Shown: positions 47,804 through 57,084, counted from the stretch's first letter. The stretch is DNA of 64,000 bases from Candidatus Omnitrophota bacterium (GCA_041649115.1 JBAZNT010000003.1:13274-77273); one strand, 5' to 3'. Numbers and translations: made by a program. Notes: generated by a model not told the origin, from the letters alone.

Positions 47804-50308
47804 ATGGGAAAAAAGCGGATTGCGATTTTATCCTTAATACTGGTACTGGCGCTCAATATCTACTACCGTTGTTATCCTGTATTTTTCCCCCAGCTTAAAA
47901 TCCAGGCCCGCAATACCATACACAATAATATCCTTAATGCCGCAAGGGTCCAGGTGGAAAAGGAGTTTCCGGATTACGCCTCTTCCGTAAATGAAGGGCT
48001 CTCCAAGGCGCTGTTTTTAGATTACCTCAAGCATAACAAGGCCGGGGTAAAGGGCGACATCCAGGACGAATACCGGAGGCTGAAATCGAGGTACCAGGAC
48101 CGTGAAGGCCAGACGTATCTTTTGGAACTGGATGGCTGGCACTGGGCCAGGTATGTCGACAATGTTATAAGGCACGGCTACCCCGGAGATGCTATTATAG
48201 GCGGCAGGCAGGTTGATAATTATATGCTTGCGCCCTCGGGGCGTTATTTATCCTGGAATGACTTTTTTTTCTATCTCTCGGCTTTCCTCTATAAGGCATT
48301 TTCTTTATTCCATGCCGCCCCGCTGGCCACCTTCCTTTTTTACCTGCCCTTGTTTTTTATAGCGCTATTGCTTGTCCTCTTATATCTTTTTTGCCTCTCT
48401 GAATGGGACAATATCACTGCTTTTATTGCCTGCCTCTTCGTGGGGTTTTCCCCCGTATTCTTCGCACGCAGCTCGGCAGGGTGGTTTGATACCGATACGC
48501 TGAATCTTATCTTTCCGCTTATTATTATTTGGACATACCTCAAGAATTACAAGGGGGGTTCTTTAAGGAAAGGCCTGCCATGGGTTGCCTTTTCTGCTTT
48601 CTGGGTAGGCCTGTTCTGCTTTAGCTGGGCCAACTGGTGGTTTGTATTCATTGTGCTCGTAGTCTACGAATGCTACTGCGTTATTAATCTGGGTCTGGCG
48701 CGCTGGCAATACAAGGAGGACAATCACGCTTCCGTAAGCAAGCACGCCCTTACCTTATTTCTCTTTTTGCTTTTGAGCGCGATCTGGATTGTTATCTTTA
48801 GCGGGTTAAGCCCCCTGCGGGAACTCTATTATCAGATCAAGGAATCCCTCATCTTAAACAGGGCCCTAACGGATTCCATCTGGCCAAATGTATATAGCAC
48901 GGTAGGGGAGCTGAAAAAAACAACCTTCCCGCAGCTTCTTAATTCCATAGGCGGGATGTCCTTATTTTTATTGGGCATGTTTTCTCTCCTGGGATTATTT
49001 CTGGTTACGGCCCGTAACAAAAAATACACCCTTTTCCAGCGCGAGGCGATTATCATATTGACTTTTTGGTTCATTGCGATGCTTTTTGCATGCAAGAGCG
49101 GAATAAGATTTTCCGTTTTCCTTCTGATACCTCTGGGGGTTGCCTTGGGCTGGGGGGTAAGCGAGGCATACCGTTATTTCAGGGGACGCAAGGCGGCGCC
49201 CTGTCTATTAGCCGTAATCATCATTCTCTTGGGGCTCAAGCTTACTATCAATGCGCGCCATGCCGCAGAGAACACCCTGCCTTTTATGGATGACAACTGG
49301 TACAGCGTGCTTACTACCATAAAAGAGAAAACCCCGAAGGATGCCATCCTGAATTCATGGTGGGATTTCGGCGACTGGTTTAAGGCGGTAGCTGACAGGA
49401 GGGTCATCTTTGACGGACAGAGCCAGAATACGCCCCAGGCCTATTGGATGGCTTCATGTTTAATCAGCGATAACGAAGACAGGGCGATAGCGACGCTTCG
49501 CATGCTCAATAACGGCGGTAACGGGGCATTCGAGATTATTAACAGGAGCTTCCGGGACCCCTTGCGTTCGGTGAATTTCCTTCAGGGCTTGCTGTCTCTT
49601 GATGAGAATTCGGCAAAGAAACTCCTTGATGAGAGTTTCCCTCCAGGCGACGCTGCCGAAATAGCCGGCATCCTTTTCAAGGGCCCCGCGGAGGCCTATT
49701 TTATAGTGGATCAGAGCCTCCCGGATAAGATATCGGCCATATCATTTATCGGAAATTGGGATTTTAACAAGGCCTATATTAAAAACAATTTAACTAAAAA
49801 TAGCAAACAGGATTTAATAGCTTACCTTGTTAAATGCGGAGTGGATAGGAAATCTGCAGAGAGGCTTTATCTGGAAGCCGAATTGCTCCCTGGTCCCGAT
49901 ACCGATGATTGGCTCTCCAGCAGGCTTAAATTCAGGGGGGGGATGGTGAAAGGGTATGCGCAGGGCAAGGATATCCTTTTTAGTAACGGCATGATTTATA
50001 AACCAGGGCAGCAGCGGGTATATATCTATTCCGGATACCAGCGCGAATACAGGCTGCCTAAGAGCCTATTCCTTTTTAACCGCGGCAGATTAAAGGAAAT
50101 CAACTATCCGGATAGCGACCTCGATTATTCGGTTATAGTTTTCAATGACAAAGGGCAGTATTACGCCATCCCCCTTGACCGCAAGCTGGCTGCCAGCATG
50201 TTGGTGCGCCTGTATTTCTTTAACGGCGAAGGCCTCAGGCATTTTGAGCCTTTCCTGGAAAGAAAGGAATACGGCAGGTTAATCCGGGTTTTTAGAATCA
50301 AGTGGTGA
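47804..50308 (+). CDS. STT3/PglB/AglB-family oligosaccharyltransferase (GT-C)
   Basis: 834 aa with about 13 TM helices followed by a soluble C-terminal domain. Motifs are WWDFGDW (49358-49372 encode WWDFG), first-loop ELDGWHWAR (48125-48151, compare eukaryotic EFDPWFNYR) and WFDTDTL (DTD at 48488-48496, compare PglB YYDTDML). Confidence 0.8.
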   Translation: MGKKRIAILSLILVLALNIYYRCYPVFFPQLKIQARNTIHNNILNAARVQVEKEFPDYASSVNEGLSKALFLDYLKHNKAGVKGDIQDEYRRLKSRYQDREGQTYLLELDGWHWARYVDNVIRHGYPGDAIIGGRQVDNYMLAPSGRYLSWNDFFFYLSAFLYKAFSLFHAAPLATFLFYLPLFFIALLLVLLYLFCLSEWDNITAFIACLFVGFSPVFFARSSAGWFDTDTLNLIFPLIIIWTYLKNYKGGSLRKGLPWVAFSAFWVGLFCFSWANWWFVFIVLVVYECYCVINLGLARWQYKEDNHASVSKHALTLFLFLLLSAIWIVIFSGLSPLRELYYQIKESLILNRALTDSIWPNVYSTVGELKKTTFPQLLNSIGGMSLFLLGMFSLLGLFLVTARNKKYTLFQREAIIILTFWFIAMLFACKSGIRFSVFLLIPLGVALGWGVSEAYRYFRGRKAAPCLLAVIIILLGLKLTINARHAAENTLPFMDDNWYSVLTTIKEKTPKDAILNSWWDFGDWFKAVADRRVIFDGQSQNTPQAYWMASCLISDNEDRAIATLRMLNNGGNGAFEIINRSFRDPLRSVNFLQGLLSLDENSAKKLLDESFPPGDAAEIAGILFKGPAEAYFIVDQSLPDKISAISFIGNWDFNKAYIKNNLTKNSKQDLIAYLVKCGVDRKSAERLYLEAELLPGPDTDDWLSSRLKFRGGMVKGYAQGKDILFSNGMIYKPGQQRVYIYSGYQREYRLPKSLFLFNRGRLKEINYPDSDLDYSVIVFNDKGQYYAIPLDRKLAASMLVRLYFFNGEGLRHFEPFLERKEYGRLIRVFRIKW

Positions 50309-50314
50309 CCCCGC

Positions 50315-51472
50315 ATGAAAATCGCCTTTATCTACGATGTAATCTATCCTTACGTGAAAGGCGGCGCAGAGAAGAGGAATTGGGAACTGGCCCGCCGGCT
50401 CGCCGCTAAAGGCCACGAGATACACATCTTCGGGGTAAAGTCCTGGGATGGACCGCGCTGCATCATGGATAGCGGAGTCTATCTTCACGGCGTCTCTCGG
50501 CCAAGAAGCCTCTATCTTGGTAGCGGCAGAAGGAGTATAAGGCAGGTTTTGTTTTTTTCGGTTTCTGTCATAGCCCCTCTTTTGACCTCCCGTTTCGATA
50601 TTATTGATTGCTGTGCCTTTCCTTACCTGCCTTTCTTTGCGGTCAGGATAATATCCTGGTTAAAAAAAATCCCCCTGGTTGTGACCTGGCAGGAGGTCTG
50701 GGGAGATTATTGGTATGACTATCTGGGTTATCTTAAGGGCGTCCCTGCCAGGGGCATCGAGACAGCCGTGATTAAATTCGCTGATAATATCGTCGTGCAT
50801 TCCGGTAAGGTTAGAGACGAACTCGTCGCAAGCGGCGTGAACAGAATGATAAGCGTTATACCGCATGGGGCAGATTTTGAATTGATAGACGATGCTCCTG
50901 CCGCCGCGGAAACGCCGGATTTGATATTCAGCGGCAGGCTGATAAGGGATAAAAATACGGATATATTGGTAAAAGCGGTAGCCAGGATTAAGGAGACCCT
51001 TGCCGGGGTAAAGTGTTTTATTATCGGGGAGGGCCCGGAAAAGAAACGCCTGCTTGAGCTGAGGAACGGGCTTGGACTGGAGAAAAACATAGTTTTTATG
51101 GATTTTCAGCCCTACCGATACCTGATTTCCCTGATGAAAGCCAGCAAAATTTTTATACTCCCTTCCCAACGAGAAGGCTTTGCTATTGCGGTTATTGAGG
51201 CATTGGCATGCGGGCTGCCGGTTATTACCGTAAGGCATCCCATGAACGCCGCGGTAGGGCTTATCAGGGATGGCGAAAACGGATTCATTTCCGATTTAAA
51301 CCCCTACGATATCGCGAACAAATCCCTGGCGTTGCTGCAGGACGTTCACTTAAGGAAGAGGTTTTCCGCGGCCGCTAAAAAGAGCGCGGAGGGGTATGAC
51401 TGGGATAGTATAACGTCCGGGTATGAGGATTTTTATTTCCGCTTACTTAAGCAGGGGAGTATTAAGATATGA
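50315..51472 (+). CDS. GT4-family glycosyltransferase
   Basis: 385 aa GT-B protein with the E-x7-E region REGFAIAVIEALACGLPVI. Confidence 0.8.
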   Translation: MKIAFIYDVIYPYVKGGAEKRNWELARRLAAKGHEIHIFGVKSWDGPRCIMDSGVYLHGVSRPRSLYLGSGRRSIRQVLFFSVSVIAPLLTSRFDIIDCCAFPYLPFFAVRIISWLKKIPLVVTWQEVWGDYWYDYLGYLKGVPARGIETAVIKFADNIVVHSGKVRDELVASGVNRMISVIPHGADFELIDDAPAAAETPDLIFSGRLIRDKNTDILVKAVARIKETLAGVKCFIIGEGPEKKRLLELRNGLGLEKNIVFMDFQPYRYLISLMKASKIFILPSQREGFAIAVIEALACGLPVITVRHPMNAAVGLIRDGENGFISDLNPYDIANKSLALLQDVHLRKRFSAAAKKSAEGYDWDSITSGYEDFYFRLLKQGSIKI

Positions 51473-52584
51473 GGATACTGCAGACGCCGGCAAGGTTTTT
51501 CCCTTATAGCGGAGGAGTGGAGAACTATGTTTATTATTCCTCGCGGGAACTCTCCCGGCGCGGGCACCGCGTAAGTATTGTTTGCGCCGATGAGCCGCCT
51601 GTCGGCAGCGGTAGCGTAGACGACATTAAGGTCAAAAGACTATCCTATCTAGGCAAATTATCCAATACCAATATTACCCCCGCGCTCGCCCCGCTATTGC
51701 TTAGAGAGGACCCCGATATCATACATACCCATCTGCCGACTCCCTGGAGCAGCGATATCAGCGCCGTTGTATCCTTATTGAAGAATAAGCCGCTATTCCT
51801 TACCTATCACAATGATATCAGCGGAAAAGGGCTTTTTGGACTTGCCAGCGGATTATACAACATATCGGCCTTGAAGTTATTGCTTGCGGCAGCGCGGGCA
51901 ATCTTTATTACCCACTCAGGTTATCTAGAGAATTCGCTGTTCTTAAGGGGTTTTAGAGACAAGCTCATAGTCAGCCCGCCGGGAGTAGATTTTGATAAGT
52001 TCAAACCGCTGCATTATGACAGAGAAAAATGCGCTACGCTATTTTTCGTCTCCAGGTTAGACGGGTACCATCATTATAAAGGGCTGGACTTGCTTTTGGA
52101 GAGCGTAGAGAAGATAAGCCGGGATGGCGCAATCCGTTTATATGTCGCAGGAGAGGGAGAACTCTTAGGTTATTACAGGAAGGCTGCCAGAGGCAGGGGG
52201 CTGGAAGGAAAGGTTTGTTTTTTGGGGGCCCTGGACAGTAATCGTTTGGCCGAATATTATAATCGCGCCGATATTACGGTAATGCCGTCTCTTTCGTCGC
52301 GGCAGGAAGGTTTTGGCCTGGCGGCCTTGGAGGCAATGGCCTGTGCCAAGCCGGTGGTAGTCAGTTCTGTCGCAGGAGTGGCTAGAGAGGTAAGGGATAG
52401 AAGGTGCGGATTGGTAGCGGGTGCCGGAAACGTAAGCGAATTAACGCAGGCAATAAGCTATCTATTGAGAAACCCCCAGGCCAGAAGCGAAATGGGCGGT
52501 AATGCCTATGAACTGGTCAGGGGAAAATACAGTTGGAGCAAACACGCTGATATTGTTGAAAAGGAGTATTTAAGGGCAATCTGA
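51469..52584 (+). CDS. GT4-family glycosyltransferase
   Basis: 371 aa with QEGFGLAALEAMACAKPVV. Confidence 0.8.
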   Translation: MRILQTPARFFPYSGGVENYVYYSSRELSRRGHRVSIVCADEPPVGSGSVDDIKVKRLSYLGKLSNTNITPALAPLLLREDPDIIHTHLPTPWSSDISAVVSLLKNKPLFLTYHNDISGKGLFGLASGLYNISALKLLLAAARAIFITHSGYLENSLFLRGFRDKLIVSPPGVDFDKFKPLHYDREKCATLFFVSRLDGYHHYKGLDLLLESVEKISRDGAIRLYVAGEGELLGYYRKAARGRGLEGKVCFLGALDSNRLAEYYNRADITVMPSLSSRQEGFGLAALEAMACAKPVVVSSVAGVAREVRDRRCGLVAGAGNVSELTQAISYLLRNPQARSEMGGNAYELVRGKYSWSKHADIVEKEYLRAI

Positions 52585-53850
52585 ATGAAGGCATGCATTA
52601 TCGCCAATCTTTATCCGCCACACGATATTGGAGGCGCAGAGGTATACCTAGAGAGAATATCCGAGGAGTTGTCGCGGGAATGCAAGGTAATCCTGATTAC
52701 GAGTTCCCCTTACCATGGCCTGCGCTCGTTGCTGCCCAGGGAATCGGCGAGAGGCAATATCAAGATTTATCGCTTTAGCCCCCTTAATATCTACCATAAC
52801 CCGGAAGCGAAAGCCAGGCCGGCGGTCCAGAGGTTCTTATGGCACATCATTGACATTTGGAATTTGCATTCATATCTGGTTATCCGCCTTATCCTCAGGA
52901 AAGAGGAGCCAGACATTGTGCATACTCATAACCTGAGCGGTTTTTCTCTGAGCGCCATCGCGGCGGCAAAGGGCTTGAGGCTCCCGCTCATCCATAGCTG
53001 CCACGATTTTTCTTTACTCTGCCCCTTTGCTACCCTCAAGTGCCGCCGGCAGCGTTATGGTACATGCGTTTCCGCATCGTTTTGCTGCCTCGTTTACCGC
53101 GCCATAAAGCGTTTTATTGTTAACAGGCATAAGCCAGACCTGGCAATCATGCCGTCTCGGCACACGGAAACGGTATTCCTCCAGAAACGATTCTTTACCG
53201 GTATAAAAAGAGAGGTGATTCCTTATTGTATCGATACCCAAACGCATCCCCTGCCGATAGCAAAGCAGGACGGGAATTTCAATGTATTGTATGTGGGGCA
53301 GCTCGTAGAGCATAAGGGAGTCCATCTTTTAATAAAGGCATTCAGCGGTCTGCCTTATCAGCGCATGCGTTTGCATATCGTGGGTGACGGGGATTACGCA
53401 GCCGTGCTCAAGAGGCTCTCCAGAGGAGACGAAAGAATAAAATTTTACGGCAGGGTGGCCAATAGCGAGGTATCCGGGTTTTACCGTTTAGCGGATGTTA
53501 CGGTAGTACCTTCCTTATGGCCGGAATTTCTCGGTATAGTTATTCTGGAAAGTTTCAGTATGTCTACCCCGGTAATCGCCAGCGCAATAGGCGGGATAAC
53601 CGAAATAGTGCGCCAGGGCTATAACGGTTTTTTATTTAAAGCAGGGGATGAAACCCAGCTCAAGGGGTTGATAGAGAAGGTTTTTTTAGAGAGGCCTATC
53701 CTTGATCATCTAAGGGATAATGCCTGGAGGAGTTCGCTCGATTTCGGATGCCCCAGCCACGCCGGCAGGTTAAGATGGATCTACCGGCAGGTAGCCGGAC
53801 TCAAAAATTCCGGCAGTAAGGATGGACTCGATGCGCGTCGCCCTGATTGA
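52585..53850 (+). CDS. GT4-family glycosyltransferase
   Basis: 421 aa with PEFLGIVILESFSMSTPVIAS and an N-terminal GGAEVY motif. Confidence 0.75.
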   Translation: MKACIIANLYPPHDIGGAEVYLERISEELSRECKVILITSSPYHGLRSLLPRESARGNIKIYRFSPLNIYHNPEAKARPAVQRFLWHIIDIWNLHSYLVIRLILRKEEPDIVHTHNLSGFSLSAIAAAKGLRLPLIHSCHDFSLLCPFATLKCRRQRYGTCVSASFCCLVYRAIKRFIVNRHKPDLAIMPSRHTETVFLQKRFFTGIKREVIPYCIDTQTHPLPIAKQDGNFNVLYVGQLVEHKGVHLLIKAFSGLPYQRMRLHIVGDGDYAAVLKRLSRGDERIKFYGRVANSEVSGFYRLADVTVVPSLWPEFLGIVILESFSMSTPVIASAIGGITEIVRQGYNGFLFKAGDETQLKGLIEKVFLERPILDHLRDNAWRSSLDFGCPSHAGRLRWIYRQVAGLKNSGSKDGLDARRPD

Positions 53851-55237
53851 TCCCCCGGGGATAAGCAGGGGTTTGAATATCGGCCTGGCTATGATTGCCG
53901 CCAGCCTCAAACGGCACGGTCACCAGGTAAGAACGGTAGATTTAAACAATAATTACCGCGATGCCGGCGGCAGGATAAAGAAGATCCTTAAATACGATGC
54001 TATCGGAATCTCTGTAAAATCGTTTACCTTTAGAAGCGCCTCCAGGTTTGCGGCTCAATTGGGGAGGGACGATTTAATATGCGGCGGACCGCACGTAACG
54101 CTGGATGCCTCAAACGTACTTGAAGAAAATCGGCATTTTAAGGCAGGGATAGAGGGGGAGGCTGAAGAGGTTTTCCCGGAGCTCCTGGAGGGATGGGGGG
54201 ACGCAAAACGGATTACGGGCCCCAGCGGCGTAGTATTGCGGCGCGACGGCGCTATTTTTTGCGACCGCAGCAGATGCCGTTACAACCTAATCCCCGACCT
54301 GGACGCATTGCCTTTTGCCGACTACGGTTGTTTTGATTCCTTAAACGGTATTCTTTACGACTACCCCGTGATTACTTCCAGGGGGTGCCCGTATTCCTGC
54401 ATCTATTGCTGCGTCGGAAAAATATCGGGTAGAAAGGTAAGATTCAGGAGCGTCGCGGGGGTAGTGGAGGAGATAGCTAATGCGAGGTTAAGATATGGCT
54501 CCGGCTCCTTTCATATCTTAGATGACAATTTTAACTTCGAAACGGGAAGGGCAAAGGAATTTTGCAGGATGCTTATTAAACGCAATATCAGGATGTCCTG
54601 GGCATGCCCTAACGGTATCCGGGCTGACCGGCTGGACGAGGAACTCGTGGGGCTTATGGCGGAATCCGGGTGCAGACAGGCAAGCATAGGCATTGAAAGC
54701 CTGGACGAGGAGGTATTCTTGAATATCAAGAAAGGCGAAGAAATCCGGGATATTAAAAACGCCATCCGTCTTTTTGTCCGGCATGGAATCAGGGTAACCG
54801 GTTTTTTTATGGTTGGCCTGCCCAAGGATAACTTTAGAAAGGGGCTGTCTTCTTTGAGGCAAGCCCTGAAGCTCGGCATTGACAGCTGCCATTGGAATAT
54901 TTTCACCCCCTATCCCGGGACAGAGGCCTGGGAGTGGGTTAATAAGAACGCAAGGGTATTAAAGGACTGGAGGCGGGGGTGTCACTTCGGACCTCGGCCG
55001 GAGACTGTCTTTGAAACCGAGGATTTTAAGCGTGGACAGCGTCTGCATATTTATAAAGTCGCCAATATAAAATGCAGGAATTATTCGGCATTCACCTCGG
55101 GCGGTTCATTATCAATCGGCAGCGCCTTGCGGATACTATTGCTTATACTGCGCTACGATGCATTGCATTTATTAAGCCATCTCCGTTATGTTTTTAATCG
55201 CCGCAGGGATATCAAAAGGTATCTGGAGAATAGCTAG
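53831..55237 (+). CDS. B12-binding-domain radical SAM enzyme
   Basis: N-terminal cobalamin-binding-like domain followed by SRGCPYSCIYCCV (CxxxCxxC). The start is ambiguous (53822 or 53831). Confidence 0.75.
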   Translation: MRVALIDPPGISRGLNIGLAMIAASLKRHGHQVRTVDLNNNYRDAGGRIKKILKYDAIGISVKSFTFRSASRFAAQLGRDDLICGGPHVTLDASNVLEENRHFKAGIEGEAEEVFPELLEGWGDAKRITGPSGVVLRRDGAIFCDRSRCRYNLIPDLDALPFADYGCFDSLNGILYDYPVITSRGCPYSCIYCCVGKISGRKVRFRSVAGVVEEIANARLRYGSGSFHILDDNFNFETGRAKEFCRMLIKRNIRMSWACPNGIRADRLDEELVGLMAESGCRQASIGIESLDEEVFLNIKKGEEIRDIKNAIRLFVRHGIRVTGFFMVGLPKDNFRKGLSSLRQALKLGIDSCHWNIFTPYPGTEAWEWVNKNARVLKDWRRGCHFGPRPETVFETEDFKRGQRLHIYKVANIKCRNYSAFTSGGSLSIGSALRILLLILRYDALHLLSHLRYVFNRRRDIKRYLENS

Positions 55238-55486
55238 CCGCGGCTTTTGGGTGTATACGGAGTTCCGGGGGAGGCTGATATTGTATCTCTTGCTTTTAAA
55301 AGGTTTAACTTTTATAATATAACCCTGAAATTCTTCAATCCCGGCGCTTGCCCTGGGGACCGCATTTGTGGTATTATGCTGTCTTGGGCAGTAGATGGGG
55401 TTGCTAAGCTTGTCATGAAATAAAAATTCTAAGGGGCACTGCTGCGGTAATAAGAAGCAACGCAGCACACCCCTTGGATATAGAAA

Positions 55487-57010
55487 CTATACTCGGGGCT
55501 GTAGCTCAGTTGGGAGAGCGCTTGAATCGCACTCAAGAGGCCGGGGGTTCAACTCCCCCCAGCTCCACCAAGAGTGATATGGTGCTGCTTCAAGGACAGG
55601 ACGGAAGGTACCTTCCGTCGAAAAATTGAGGCGGCGCTCTTTTAAAATACAGTTCGAACCAATCTTTTTCAGAAATTCCTTCTGGGATTCTAAATTTCCC
55701 TCATCGATAGCATAACTTCCCTCATTCAAGGTAGTTACAAAGCGCCTGGCCTGTTCGAACCAATTATTACCCTCATCTGCAAAATCTCCCGCTTTTTCCT
55801 GTAAATCCTTCTTTAAGTTTACTAATTCATTTTTCTTTAGGTTGTATTCCTCAAGAGAAAGGGAGCCTTGAAGGTAGAGGTCAATGAGCTTACTAATCTT
55901 TGCGTCTATCTCGCTAATTCTTGTCTTGAGATTTTGCAGATGAGTAAGTGATGATTGGCTGAATTGAGCCTTGTCTTTATCTAACTCCCTTAAGATATTC
56001 TCCAGCCAATCATCACGTAAAGAAACTTTTTGAATGTAATCTTGAACCTGTTGCGCCAGCGCTTCTCCTCGCACGAACTTCTGGCTTGTGCCTTTGCAGG
56101 GCGCAAGCTTTCTTGTGCAATGGTAATAATGATGACCTTTCTGGATTTCAGCAGTAACCGTTGCGCCGCAGACCCCGCACCGCATCAGTCCCTTAAAAAC
56201 AAAATATTTTGTATTCTTAGTCTGCGGCTTGCCGCGCTGGCGCATGACTAACTGTACTCTATCAAAAAGTTTCTTGGTAATAATGGGTTCATGCTTACCT
56301 TCAAAATGTTCACCCCAATAGGAGAGGAGCCCATAATAGAAAGGATTAGTGAGTATCTGCTGGCACTTACTTATTCGCAAGCGATTTCCCATTTGGGTGG
56401 CAAAGCCGAGGGCGTTCATGGTTTCGGTTAAGCGTTCTAAGGTGTAGTTACCTGTTGAGTATAACTCAAACATCTTTCGAAGTAAGGGAGCCTTATTTTT
56501 ATCTACAACCACAGTTCTTGTCTTGGTGTCGTTCAGATAGCCGACTGGCGCGGGGCCGCAAAAGATACCGTTCCTAATCTTCTGTCTAATCCCACGTTTT
56601 ATATTCTCAGAGAGGTTATCTACATAGTATTTGCTCTGGCTAAAGGCGATAGAGAGCATAAACTTGCCTTGGGCGGTGTTATCAAAGCGGTAAGTAGGAA
56701 ACTTCAAATCTTTAATAACTTCCTTATCAGCCAAGTAAATAATTTTTCCGCCATCCATTGAATTCCGCGCCAGTCGGTCAGGGTGCCAGGCAAGTATGCC
56801 CTCGGCTTTGCCACGTTCTAAAAGAGAGATCATCTCGTTGAATATAGGTCGGCCAGGCGCCTTGGCAGTCCGAGACTCGATAAACTCTCTAACTATCTCT
56901 AACTTTTCCTTCTTGGCGTATTCTATCGTTTCGGTAATCTGGGCTTGAATAGAGAGAATTTGTCTGTCTTCTTCATCGGTAGATTTACGGGCGTAGAGGA
57001 AGTATCTCAT
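55487..57010 (-). CDS. Large serine recombinase (integrase/invertase type)
   Basis: 507 aa with the N-terminal resolvase catalytic motif YARKSTDEEDRQ, a recombinase domain, a zinc ribbon (CGVCG...HCTRKLAPC) and a coiled coil. AAGGAGG SD precedes the start. The last roughly 25 codons run antisense through tRNA-Ala. Confidence 0.85.
   Translation of the reverse strand: MRYFLYARKSTDEEDRQILSIQAQITETIEYAKKEKLEIVREFIESRTAKAPGRPIFNEMISLLERGKAEGILAWHPDRLARNSMDGGKIIYLADKEVIKDLKFPTYRFDNTAQGKFMLSIAFSQSKYYVDNLSENIKRGIRQKIRNGIFCGPAPVGYLNDTKTRTVVVDKNKAPLLRKMFELYSTGNYTLERLTETMNALGFATQMGNRLRISKCQQILTNPFYYGLLSYWGEHFEGKHEPIITKKLFDRVQLVMRQRGKPQTKNTKYFVFKGLMRCGVCGATVTAEIQKGHHYYHCTRKLAPCKGTSQKFVRGEALAQQVQDYIQKVSLRDDWLENILRELDKDKAQFSQSSLTHLQNLKTRISEIDAKISKLIDLYLQGSLSLEEYNLKKNELVNLKKDLQEKAGDFADEGNNWFEQARRFVTTLNEGSYAIDEGNLESQKEFLKKIGSNCILKERRLNFSTEGTFRPVLEAAPYHSWWSWGELNPRPLECDSSALPTELQPRV
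55495..55570 (+). tRNA. tRNA-Ala (anticodon CGC), CCA encoded
   Basis: Hand-folded cloverleaf of 76 nt: acceptor GGGGCUG/CAGCUCC with G3:U70, D arm GCUC/GAGC, anticodon stem CUUGA/UCAAG with loop AUCGCAC, T arm GGGGG/CCCCC with loop UUCAACU, discriminator A, then CCA. Confidence 0.9.
55565..55651. repeat. Left copy of the 87-bp perfect inverted repeat (IR-L)
   Basis: Exact reverse complement of 57106..57192 by base-by-base comparison. It starts with the tRNA 3' CCACCA and contains the palindrome GACGGAAGGTACCTTCCGTC at 55600-55619. Confidence 0.95.
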
Positions 57011-57047
57011 CTTACAACCTCCTTGTGGGGGAAATTTAGAATCCAGC

Positions 57048-57084
57048 CATTTAATTTTGAGCCGCGATTACTCAAAATTAAATG
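57048..57084. promoter_or_regulatory. 14-bp perfect inverted repeat in the recombinase upstream region (operator or hairpin)
   Basis: CATTTAATTTTGAG (57048-57061), 9-nt spacer, CTCAAAATTAAATG (57071-57084). Confidence 0.4.

Noticed and set aside
55172-55468. 98-aa minus-strand ORF between the radical SAM gene and the tRNA
   Set aside because: It overlaps the 3' end of the radical SAM gene in antisense and has no SD or motifs. The region more likely holds promoter-like elements (TTGCTT-17-TATAAT around 55290-55318) of uncertain target.
55495-55570. Possible tmRNA, suggested by the G3:U70 Ala identity pair and the adjacent integrated element
   Set aside because: The sequence folds into a complete 76-nt cloverleaf with an ordinary anticodon arm (CGC). 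A tmRNA would lack this arm and be several hundred nt long.
55600-55619. The 20-bp palindrome as a rho-independent terminator for tRNA-Ala
   Set aside because: On the plus strand it is followed by GAAAAATT rather than a T-tract. It lies inside the recombinase reading frame, and it is duplicated in IR-R. A recombination-site role fits better.
55585-55620. Resemblance of CAAGGACAGGACGGAAGG to the conserved SRP (4.5S) RNA GGAAGGAAGCAGC region
   Set aside because: Only a 7-nt CGGAAGG match is present, without the flanking conserved helix. The sequence is also part of a coding inverted repeat.
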